Assembly: GCA_945228905.1 (NCBI GenBank)
Contig: CALYOH010000002.1
Location: 3,706-67,705, forward strand
Reading direction: 5' to 3'
DNA from: an uncultured Bacillales bacterium
Lineage (GTDB): Bacteria > Bacillota_I > Bacilli_A > RF39 > UBA660
Length of the DNA stretch: 64,000 nucleotides
Shown here: one piece after another, positions 37,072-45,481 of the stretch
Position numbering within the stretch: position 1 is the stretch's first letter
How the letters are laid out: each line of letters starts with the position of its first letter
Notes under the pieces: generated by a model
What the model saw: the letters and a program-made list of their open reading frames with translations, nothing else
What the model was told of the DNA's origin: nothing
The model's database searches: none
Program-made: the position numbers and the translations under genes

Positions 37072-39309
37072 TTATTTTCTTCTTTTAGCTCTTTTTGATT
37101 TAGAATATATTTTTACATCTCTATTTATTGAATCAGCATCTCTAGTTTTATTCTCTTTAACTTTTTCTACTACCTCAAAATTAATAGTATGAGCTTTCTT
37201 AGAAGCATTAGATACCTTTAATTTTAATTTATCACCAATATAATAATTTGGTTGTCCATCTAAAGATACAAGAGAATAAGAATCTTGTGAATGAGTATAA
37301 TCACCTTTAAGATCTCTTACACTAACATAACCTTCTACAAGATAATCATCTAATTCTATTGATAAACCACTATTAGATACACCAACAACAGTTCCTTCAA
37401 ATTCAGTTCCAATTTCATGTTCCATATATCCAGCACTTTCCATTTTAAATACTTCCTCTTCGCAGTCATTAGCAACTCTTTCAAAATGAGAAGTTTGTGC
37501 ACAAATATCCGGTAATTTCTTTTTCCATTTAAATACATTCTTAGTAACTTCTTTTGGATTCTTATTAAATACACAATCCCATAAAATTCTTTGAACAGTT
37601 AAATCTGCATATCTTCTAACAGGAGAAGTAAAATGACAATAGTACTCTTTAGATAATCCATAGTGTCCAATATTATCAGTACTATATTTAGCCCTAGACA
37701 TACAAGAAATAGCTTTAACTGTTAAGAAATTAGATAGTGTTCCATGTCCTGAAATATGTTGAATTAATTCTTGGAATGCTTTTTTATTACCTGCAAGTTC
37801 TTCAGCATCATATTTAGTAAATGGTAAATTAACAGCTTCTAATAAATTCAAGAATCCTTGAATCTTCTCTTCATTAGGAGAAGCATGAACTCTATGTACA
37901 CAAGGAAGTCCTCTTCTAGATAATTCCTTATCTACACATTCATTAGCTGCAAGCATGAACTCTTCAATTAAGTTTTCAGCTACATCTTGAGTTCTAACTC
38001 CTAAAGCTGAAACATCACCGTCTTCATCATATTTAAGTTTTGGTTCTGGTCTATTAAATTCAGTTGCTCCATTAAGAATTCTCTTTTTTCTTAATGCAAG
38101 AGCAAGTTTATTCATATTACGTAATGTATTAGCATAAGGAGCATAATCAGGATCAACATTACCTGTCTTTAATATTTCGTTAACCTTATCATAGTTCATC
38201 TTTTTTCTAGATTTAATAACAGATGGAACTATATTATAATTAATAATTTTACCATCAGGAGAAAACTCCATCTTAACAGAAATAGTAAGTCTTTCTACTC
38301 CCTCATTTAAAGATCCAATACCATTAGATATTTTATGTGGAAACATAGGAAATACTTTTCCGCCTAAATAATAACTATTACATTTTCTAAAAGCATCTTT
38401 ATCTAGAGGAGATCCCTCTGGTATTAATGTTGCAATATCAGTAATACTTACATTTAATTCATAATTACCTTTAGAATTTACTTTTAATCCAATGGCATCA
38501 TCCATATCTTTTGTATCGATACCATCAATAGTAAATATCTCTTCATCAGTTAAATCTTCTCTACCAATTTTATCAACAGGGCGAACTTCATCTTGAATAT
38601 ATTCTAATTGTTTCATTGATTCTTCAGTAAATTCAGTATAAATTCCTGCTTTAAAAGCTTCCCAATAAATATCCTCATCAGGATCATCTTTATGACCAAA
38701 AGTTCTAACAACTTCTCCAATATAATAGTTAGGAGCAGTTTGATCAACTAAAGCAACTGCAACTTTAGCCCCTTCAATAGCATTAGTACCTAAACTAATA
38801 ACAATATTATTCTTCTTTTTATCAGCAGGTTTTAAATAGTATTGTGTTCCTTCTCTATAAACTTCTCCAGGAACATAATCTAATTTTCTTTCAAGTACTT
38901 CAATAATCTTAGCAGGTCCCTTACTCGGACAATCAGCTAAAACTATATCATCATTTATAGCACATTTATTATTTTCAGTAGTAACTTTAAACTCTTCATT
39001 TTTAACAATAAGCTTACCATCTTTATCAGTATAACTTCTTGTTACAAAAACATTTCCTCCACCATCTCTATTTCCATGGAATCTACCCACTACAAAACTA
39101 GTCTTAGAAAATAAAGTATAATTACCATTTGGCGTCTTATAAAAATTAAACTCTTTACAACCGCTTTCAAGTATTTCAATTATCTCCGCTTTCTGATCAT
39201 TAGATAATTCAGTTACATATTCAGCAAGAATCTCAATTTTTTCAAATATCTTTTCTATAGATAATGGCTTTTTTGATTTTTTTAAAACATATTCAACATA
39301 TTCTCTCAT
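37072..39309 (-). CDS. RNB-family 3'-5' exoribonuclease (RNase II/R paralog) with C-terminal S1 domain and basic tail
   Basis: IDGIDTKDMDDAI and HFTSPVRRYADL RNB motifs, an S1-like EFEGTVVGVSNSGLSIEL, and a C-terminal KSKRAKRRK. Confidence 0.8.
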   Translation of the reverse strand: MREYVEYVLKKSKKPLSIEKIFEKIEILAEYVTELSNDQKAEIIEILESGCKEFNFYKTPNGNYTLFSKTSFVVGRFHGNRDGGGNVFVTRSYTDKDGKLIVKNEEFKVTTENNKCAINDDIVLADCPSKGPAKIIEVLERKLDYVPGEVYREGTQYYLKPADKKKNNIVISLGTNAIEGAKVAVALVDQTAPNYYIGEVVRTFGHKDDPDEDIYWEAFKAGIYTEFTEESMKQLEYIQDEVRPVDKIGREDLTDEEIFTIDGIDTKDMDDAIGLKVNSKGNYELNVSITDIATLIPEGSPLDKDAFRKCNSYYLGGKVFPMFPHKISNGIGSLNEGVERLTISVKMEFSPDGKIINYNIVPSVIKSRKKMNYDKVNEILKTGNVDPDYAPYANTLRNMNKLALALRKKRILNGATEFNRPEPKLKYDEDGDVSALGVRTQDVAENLIEEFMLAANECVDKELSRRGLPCVHRVHASPNEEKIQGFLNLLEAVNLPFTKYDAEELAGNKKAFQELIQHISGHGTLSNFLTVKAISCMSRAKYSTDNIGHYGLSKEYYCHFTSPVRRYADLTVQRILWDCVFNKNPKEVTKNVFKWKKKLPDICAQTSHFERVANDCEEEVFKMESAGYMEHEIGTEFEGTVVGVSNSGLSIELDDYLVEGYVSVRDLKGDYTHSQDSYSLVSLDGQPNYYIGDKLKLKVSNASKKAHTINFEVVEKVKENKTRDADSINRDVKIYSKSKRAKRRK

Positions 39310-39378
39310 AAAGCACCCCCACAATTATTATTAAATCATAAAAATTAAAAAAATACAAAAAAATAGAGCAAATTTGCT

Positions 39379-40401
39379 CTATTGTATTCTACGTACTGAA
39401 AGTAATGATGTACCAGATCCATTTATCCAGTAATCAACATTATCTAACACAACTCCAGTACCAGAGTTAGCTGCATGAATCATCATACCATTTCCTACAT
39501 ATAATGCAGAGTGAGTAACATTACCATATCCATATCCCCAACTTAATATATCTCCAGGTTGTGCATCAGCATAACTAACACCAACACCATCATATATTTG
39601 AGTATATGAACTTCTACTTACATATTTACCCACACATGAATATACATATTGAACAAAACCACTACAGTCAAATCCATAAGGACCATTAGATCCACTAATA
39701 TATGGCATTCCAAGTAATGAATAAGCAATTGATACAACATCATTACCAACAGGATTTGCTGGAACATTATAATTAATACCATAAATATATTGTGGAGTTG
39801 GTTGAACAACTTCTAATGTAAATGTAAAAGTAGAACTGTTTCCAGATTTATCAACAGCATTAACAGAAATTTCATGATTACCTACACTATTAATATCTTC
39901 ATTGTAATTAATACTATAATAATTAACAGAATCTTCCTTTATTTCTTCACTAGAAATATTAATATCTCCATCAATTTCATCCAATACTGATTCTATATTT
40001 TCTTCAGGATTATAATTATCACCCTGAGTAATAGTCACCTTTTCTTCTTTTACTTTAATTACAGGTGCAACAGAATCTACTACAGTAATAACAATAGGAA
40101 CTTCTTTTACTACATTATCCTTTTGTACTTCAAGTATGACTTCTTGTTCACCAATTTTATTAACATCTATATCTTGTATAACAGATATAATATTACCTTC
40201 AACCTCTTCAATAAATTCTTTTACGTTGTAATTCGCACTTCCGTATTCTACAGAAGGAGTATCTTTAACTACAACTTTTATGCTTTGATAAGTATAGTAA
40301 TTATGATATACATAGCAGCTAACTAGCATAATAAATGATAACATCATCAACCCTGAGAATCTCTTTATTCTTAGCTTCGACGACCCATCAGTTGATTTCA
40401 T
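39379..40401 (-). CDS. NlpC/P60 (C40) cell-wall peptidase with Ig-like repeats
   Basis: TM/signal anchor, two repeat domains, and a C-terminal YGFDCSGFVQYVY...HSALYVG...IHA (Cys-His-His). Confidence 0.8.
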   Translation of the reverse strand: MKSTDGSSKLRIKRFSGLMMLSFIMLVSCYVYHNYYTYQSIKVVVKDTPSVEYGSANYNVKEFIEEVEGNIISVIQDIDVNKIGEQEVILEVQKDNVVKEVPIVITVVDSVAPVIKVKEEKVTITQGDNYNPEENIESVLDEIDGDINISSEEIKEDSVNYYSINYNEDINSVGNHEISVNAVDKSGNSSTFTFTLEVVQPTPQYIYGINYNVPANPVGNDVVSIAYSLLGMPYISGSNGPYGFDCSGFVQYVYSCVGKYVSRSSYTQIYDGVGVSYADAQPGDILSWGYGYGNVTHSALYVGNGMMIHAANSGTGVVLDNVDYWINGSGTSLLSVRRIQ

Positions 40402-40427
40402 AAAATTTCCTCCCACGAATGCAGTAT

Positions 40428-40457
40428 ATTATACCATACCAAGCCCTTATTTGTCAA
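40428..40457 (-). promoter_or_regulatory. Near-consensus sigma-A promoter of the C40 peptidase gene, with a palindrome over the -35
   Basis: The minus strand reads TTGACA-N18-TATAAT with TGg immediately upstream of the -10. The -35 lies inside the palindrome TGTCAAA-a-TTTGACA (40452-40466). Confidence 0.5.
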
Positions 40458-40578
40458 AATTTGACAGGGCAGGTAATTCAATATTCTATTATAATATAAA
40501 TAAAAATGCAAATCGTGATAAAATACATAGTATAAGTGATAATTTATGCATAAAACAAAAAGAGATAGTAATATCTCT

Positions 40579-41332
40579 TTTTTTTATATGATAATTTATA
40601 ATAACAAGTGCAACATTCATTTAAATAGTCATTAAATAATTCTTGTGGCGTTTTATAATTAATACATTCTTGGTCTATTATTGAGAAGTTGAAGAACATC
40701 TTGAACTTCTTTTTCATTTGCAAGTGATAAATCCATTTGTTTTAGATAAAATTCTCGTAATAGTCCATTTGAATTTTCGTTTGTTCCTTTTTGCCATGCA
40801 CAATATGAATCAGCAAAATACATGTTAGTTTGTAATTTTTCTTCAATTCTTTTCCAACCAGCAAATTCTTTTAAACAATCACATGTTATTATTTTAACTA
40901 CTTCTTTTGGCTTTTTCTTTATTGTTTTTCATAAATTAAATCTTCCTCTTGTTTCTGCTGGTCTCTTAAAGGTTCCTTTTCTTCTTAAATATTCAATAAC
41001 TAAGATGAATCCCTCTATAAATTGTGGATAATGATGGAAAGGATTTGGTTTATTTTCATCATTACTATTTGTTATTTGATCTAGTGACCAATGTAATTCT
41101 ATTTTGCTTTTTATATATTTCAATGATGTATAAGCTGCTTTGATAAGTCTATAACAATTATCTCTTCTTTCTACGTATTTATTATTAGCAACACTTGGTT
41201 AATATCTAGTTACTGAATAATTGATTGATATTTTATAAGAATTTCTTTTTAATATTCTTGAAATTGTAGAAACTTTTCTATTTGAAATTCTATTGTGTTC
41301 CACTTGTTATTATAAATTATCATATAAAAAAA
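40579..41332 (-). mobile_element. Internally deleted IS30-family element with intact terminal inverted repeats
   Basis: 40579-40610 is the exact reverse complement of 41301-41332 (TTTTTTTATATGATAATTTATAATAACAAGTG); the outer A/T runs may belong to flanking terminators. The interior reads broken IS30-type transposase pieces (LRRKGTFKRPAETRGRF..., YFADSYCAWQKGTNENSNGLLREFY...LNNRPR) without the central DDE core. Confidence 0.7.
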
Positions 41333-41347
41333 GACTTAAAAGTCTTT

Positions 41348-42127
41348 TTAAACACCCATAGTCATTGTCTCTGGTAAAGTACTTCCTCCATCAATAACAA
41401 TACCTTGAGCAGTAATATAACTTGATTCATCACTTGCTAAGAAAGCTGCAAGTTCTCCTAACTCTTCAATAGTTCCCATTCTCTTCATTGGAATAGCAAC
41501 TTCAATTCCATCAATAACAGATTGTGGATTATCTGGAGCAGATATTTTAGCCATATTATCAACCATCGGAGTACGAATATAACCAGGCATAATACAATTT
41601 ACTCTAATTCCATAAGGAACTAATTCAGCAGCCAAACTCTTAGTAAATCCTTGTAAAGCAGACTTAGTAGTTGCATAAGCAACCTCTCCACTATCAGCAA
41701 CCATTGGACCAGTAACACTAGAAAGGTTAATAATAGATCCCTTTCTATTTTTCATATATGGTAAACATGCTTTAGTAACATTCCATGTACCAATAATATT
41801 AATATCAAAATGGAAATCTCTTTCTTCATCAGTCATTTCTTCAAAAGTAACTAATTTACATACACCTGCGTTATTTACAAGTACATCTATATGTTCATAT
41901 TGATTAACAACATCTTTTACACATTCATTTATTCTTTCTTTATCTCTAATATCGACCTTATAACCAATAACATCAGGATTATTTAACTCCATTAAAGTAT
42001 TTTCAATATTATCAGAATAATCAAATATAACTACTTTTGCTCCATACTTTAAAAATACCTTTACAATACCTAAACCATTACCCATTGCTCCACCAGTTAT
42101 AATAGCAACCTTATTCATTAATTTCAT
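41348..42127 (-). CDS. Short-chain dehydrogenase/reductase (SDR) family oxidoreductase
   Basis: ITGGAMGNGLG (TGxxxGxG), NNAG and YATTKSAL (YxxxK). Confidence 0.8.
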   Translation of the reverse strand: MKLMNKVAIITGGAMGNGLGIVKVFLKYGAKVVIFDYSDNIENTLMELNNPDVIGYKVDIRDKERINECVKDVVNQYEHIDVLVNNAGVCKLVTFEEMTDEERDFHFDINIIGTWNVTKACLPYMKNRKGSIINLSSVTGPMVADSGEVAYATTKSALQGFTKSLAAELVPYGIRVNCIMPGYIRTPMVDNMAKISAPDNPQSVIDGIEVAIPMKRMGTIEELGELAAFLASDESSYITAQGIVIDGGSTLPETMTMGV

Positions 42128-42162
42128 ATAATCACCTCTATCTTCATTATATTATAAAAATC

Positions 42163-42189
42163 AAAAAAAAGAACCAAATTCGGTTCTTT
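42163..42189 (-). terminator. Rho-independent terminator 36 nt upstream of the SDR gene (end of a short leader or sRNA)
   Basis: On the minus strand AAAGAACC-gaattt-GGTTCTTT is followed by TTTTT. Confidence 0.55.
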
Positions 42190-42589
42190 AAACGTCAATA
42201 TGGTGCGATACTCGTACTTTATATGAACTGTCCCTCGTTGACATATTCAGTATATCACAAGTCTTTTGAAGCTCCTATACCAAAAATCGCTATTCGAGTG
42301 ATTCCCGATTAATTTTCGAATAATTTCTGGCTCACTACCTGACTCACTACTGATTGATTTCCGGTAAAATTTTGAATTAAAAAAGTTTTTTACTAGGTTT
42401 TTTAAGGGTTTGTAAATTTTCAAAAATTCATTTTTTATTTTTTCCTCTCAAAATATTCTATGTTGTTTTTTTAGAAAAATCACTCCCATCACTAACTACC
42501 TGTTCAATTACCGATTAATTTCCATTTCATTTCCATCAGTACTTTTTATCACTACGCCAATAAAAAAGGAGCATTTTTTACTCCATAAA

Positions 42590-43063
42590 TTACTTAATTA
42601 ATTTTTTTACATATGCTCCATCTGTTAAACAGTCATATGTTGTAATAGTTTTATCTTCTAAGAACACACCCTCATAATTAATAAAGGGCTCTGGCAAATT
42701 ATTTACATCAGCCCAAAGCAATTCATCACATTTATCTTCTTCAATTATTTTTGGAACTCCATTGTATTTTTTTATTTCAAAATAATAGTCAATATATGGT
42801 TCTAGTATTTTTCCATCTATTTCAAAAAAATTTCTCCTTAAAACAACATAGTTATTAATTATATCATTAAGATTTATTTCAATTCCCAATTCTTCTTTTG
42901 CTTCTCTAACCAAAGCATCATATTGAGTTTCTCCTTCATCTATATGTCCAGCAGGTAATGCATAATAACCTGGCCATAATTTAGATCCTTTTCTTTTTTG
43001 TAATAAAATTTTATTATCATTAATTAATATAATATGTACCGCACTTTTAAAAATTGCTTTCAT
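42590..43063 (-). CDS. NUDIX hydrolase
   Basis: Nudix box GHIDEGETQYDALVREAKEELGI. Confidence 0.85.
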   Translation of the reverse strand: MKAIFKSAVHIILINDNKILLQKRKGSKLWPGYYALPAGHIDEGETQYDALVREAKEELGIEINLNDIINNYVVLRRNFFEIDGKILEPYIDYYFEIKKYNGVPKIIEEDKCDELLWADVNNLPEPFINYEGVFLEDKTITTYDCLTDGAYVKKLIK

Positions 43064-43243
43064 TTAAACCTCCTTTGTCTCTTTTATCATACCATAAATT
43101 ATTAACTTATTTATTCTATTTTATTTCCAATTAATTTATGTTTAATTTCTGATTCGTTTATATACTTTTTTTTGATTTGTTTTTATAAGTTGTTTTTACT
43201 TTATATATCACTTACTCATTTCATCACAAAATTTAAATTAAAC

Positions 43244-43272
43244 AAAAAAATCACTTTTTTGAATCAGTGATC
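43244..43272 (-). terminator. Terminator downstream of ssrA
   Basis: On the minus strand ATCACT-gattcaaaaa-AGTGAT is followed by TTTTTTT. Confidence 0.5.
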
Positions 43273-43328
43273 TTCCTATATAAAACTTGACTTTCTAGAC
43301 TATCTAGATAGTTCAAGTGAAACTCTTA

Positions 43329-43714
43329 TGGTGGAGATGAGGAGAATCGAACTCCTGTCCGAAAATAAAGCTACATAAACGTCTACAGACATAGTTAACT
43401 AAATAATCTTATATACTATCCAAGTAGTTAACGACAAAGATAATATACCAGTCTATGAATTCTTTCTATCTTCTAGACAAAAGATAGCTATAACCCATTA
43501 AAATGATCCTCTAAATAACTTCTGGGTAAAAGTTAAGTAGAAGAGCTGGCTCTATTCTTATTATTAAAGAGCGTAAGCAACAGCTTGGCGTCCACCAAAG
43601 AAGTTTGCTACAGCATTTTTTAATTTGTTTGCATTTATTGCTTTTTGACTATTACGTAGTCACTCGACCTGCAGTCCATGCTCTGGCTATTCCCGTCGAA
43701 ACCAAATCATCCCC
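43329..43714 (-). ncRNA. ssrA: tmRNA (SsrA)
   Basis: The reverse strand starts GGGGATGATTTGGTTTCGACGGG and ends GGAGTTCGATTCTCCTCATCTCCACCA (tRNA-Ala-like acceptor/T-arm with CCA). An internal tag ORF ends ...GGT GGA CGC CAA GCT GTT GCT TAC GCT CTT TAA TAA. Sits next to smpB. Confidence 0.9.
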
Positions 43715-43724
43715 ATATGTACAC

Positions 43725-43753
43725 ATTATATCATATTTTTAATTGTTAATAAA
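43725..43753 (-). promoter_or_regulatory. Candidate ssrA promoter
   Basis: The minus strand reads TTTATT-N17-TATAAT with TGa extended -10, about 10 nt upstream of the tmRNA 5' end. Confidence 0.4.
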
Positions 43754-43821
43754 GTAGAATATGAAAATAACTTAAATTAATTTTTTTGTATAAATAAAAC
43801 ACTAATCATAATGAAAAGAAT

Positions 43822-44259
43822 TTAAAATCTCTTTAAATTCTTTTCAACTTCTCTTTTAATATCTCTTTCTTTAATAGATTCTCTCTTATCAAAAGTCTTT
43901 TTACCTTTACAAACTCCTAACAGTACTTTTAATTTACTATCTTTAAAATATAATTTAAGAGGGACTAAAGTTAATCCATTTAATTCAATAGCGTTTGCTA
44001 TCTTTTTAATTTCTTTTTTATGTAAAAGTAATTTTCTACTTCTAGTTTCTTCATGATTAAATATATTACCCTCTTTATATTGTCCAATAAACATATTTAA
44101 AAGAAAGACTTCATTATTTTTAACAATTCCATAACAATCTTTAATATTACAGTGTCCATTACGTACAGATTTAATTTCAGTACCAGTAAGAACAATACCC
44201 GCTTCATATTCTTCTTCTATAAAATAATCAAATCTTGCTCTTTTATTTAAAATTTCCAT
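43822..44259 (-). CDS. smpB: SsrA-binding protein
   Basis: NKRARFDYFIEEEYEAGIVLTGTEIKSVR, 145 aa, adjacent to ssrA. Confidence 0.9.
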   Translation of the reverse strand: MEILNKRARFDYFIEEEYEAGIVLTGTEIKSVRNGHCNIKDCYGIVKNNEVFLLNMFIGQYKEGNIFNHEETRSRKLLLHKKEIKKIANAIELNGLTLVPLKLYFKDSKLKVLLGVCKGKKTFDKRESIKERDIKREVEKNLKRF

Positions 44260-44268
44260 AACATCACC

Positions 44269-45480
44269 CTATTCGTAAGTAAGTCCCCATGTAAGATTTG
44301 GATAACATTCATTAACAACAGCTTTATATTTTTCATATAAATTCCAATGATTTGGTAATTGACTATCATCTAACTTAGGATATGGAATAATTCTAAACTC
44401 ATGACTATATCCATTATAGAATTTAGTTACAGTATAGAATAATTCTGCTTTAGGATCAACAACACTATTAGTAACAGTATCATCAACATCTACATGTTTC
44501 TTTAAAGTTACTTCCATAGCAAGTCCAGTATAGTTATCAACATCTAATTGATCACTTAAGAAATTACCTAAAGAATAAATTACAAATGTTCTACCTTCAT
44601 TTAGATATTCTACAGTTTGAATAACATGTGGATGTGCTCCTATTATTAAATCAACACCTAAATTTGACAAATGTGCTGCAATTTCATCTTGTTTATAATC
44701 TGTTTTAAATGAATACTCAGTTCCCCAATGCATTGCAACTATAACAAAATCAACTTTATCTCTAATAGCAGAAATATCAGCAGTTGCTTTTTCAGGACTA
44801 TATACATTATTTAAATAATCTTTACCATAAGGAGTTTCTAATCCATTAGTCCATATTGTATAAGAAATAAAAGCATACTTAATATTATTTACTTCATATA
44901 TTTTAGAAACACCAGCTGCTCTATCTTCATAACTATTCCATTGTCCAGAATAAGCTACATCAGGATGAGACTTCCAATAAGCAACAGAGTTTAATACTCC
45001 TTGCTCTCCCTTATCCATTGTATGATTAGTTGCTAGTGAAACCATATTAAATCCAGCATCTATAAAGGCATCTCCTACTTCTTGTGGAGAATTAAATCTT
45101 GGATAACTAGATAATCCCATTGCAGTTCCACCTAAAATAGTTTCTTGGTTATAATAAGCAAGATCATATTGAGATACAATTGGTTTTACATATTGAAGCA
45201 TTGGTTTAAAATCATATGAACCATCAGCTTGCTTAGCATCATTATATACTCCCCAATGTATTAAAGAATCTCCTACCATGAAAACCTTTGCTTCATAGTC
45301 AACCGCTTTCTTTTCTTCTTTTTTAGGTTCCACAACTTTTTTAGGTTCCTCTTTCTTTTTGGAAAAGTAATTTTTAGAAGCTACAAAATAAGCAGAAACT
45401 CCAATAACTACAAGCAATAAAATTAATACTAATATTTTTCCACCTTTTTTAAGTTTTCTTTTTACTTTTCTCTTTCTCAT
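44269..45480 (-). CDS. CapA-family (PGA_cap) metallophosphatase-like membrane-anchored protein
   Basis: TM anchor. MVGDSLIH, ATNHTMD, MHWGTEY and GAHPHV motifs. Confidence 0.75.
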   Translation of the reverse strand: MRKRKVKRKLKKGGKILVLILLLVVIGVSAYFVASKNYFSKKKEEPKKVVEPKKEEKKAVDYEAKVFMVGDSLIHWGVYNDAKQADGSYDFKPMLQYVKPIVSQYDLAYYNQETILGGTAMGLSSYPRFNSPQEVGDAFIDAGFNMVSLATNHTMDKGEQGVLNSVAYWKSHPDVAYSGQWNSYEDRAAGVSKIYEVNNIKYAFISYTIWTNGLETPYGKDYLNNVYSPEKATADISAIRDKVDFVIVAMHWGTEYSFKTDYKQDEIAAHLSNLGVDLIIGAHPHVIQTVEYLNEGRTFVIYSLGNFLSDQLDVDNYTGLAMEVTLKKHVDVDDTVTNSVVDPKAELFYTVTKFYNGYSHEFRIIPYPKLDDSQLPNHWNLYEKYKAVVNECYPNLTWGLTYE

Positions 45481-45481
45481 A

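Noticed and set aside
42128-43328. A genomic island integrated at the 3' end of ssrA (the NUDIX gene plus an odd non-coding region downstream of tmRNA).
   Set aside because: I found no integrase and no direct repeat of the tmRNA 3' end (GGAGTTCGATTCTCC...). NUDIX is a common housekeeping-type gene. Only the non-coding region is kept as a low-level finding.
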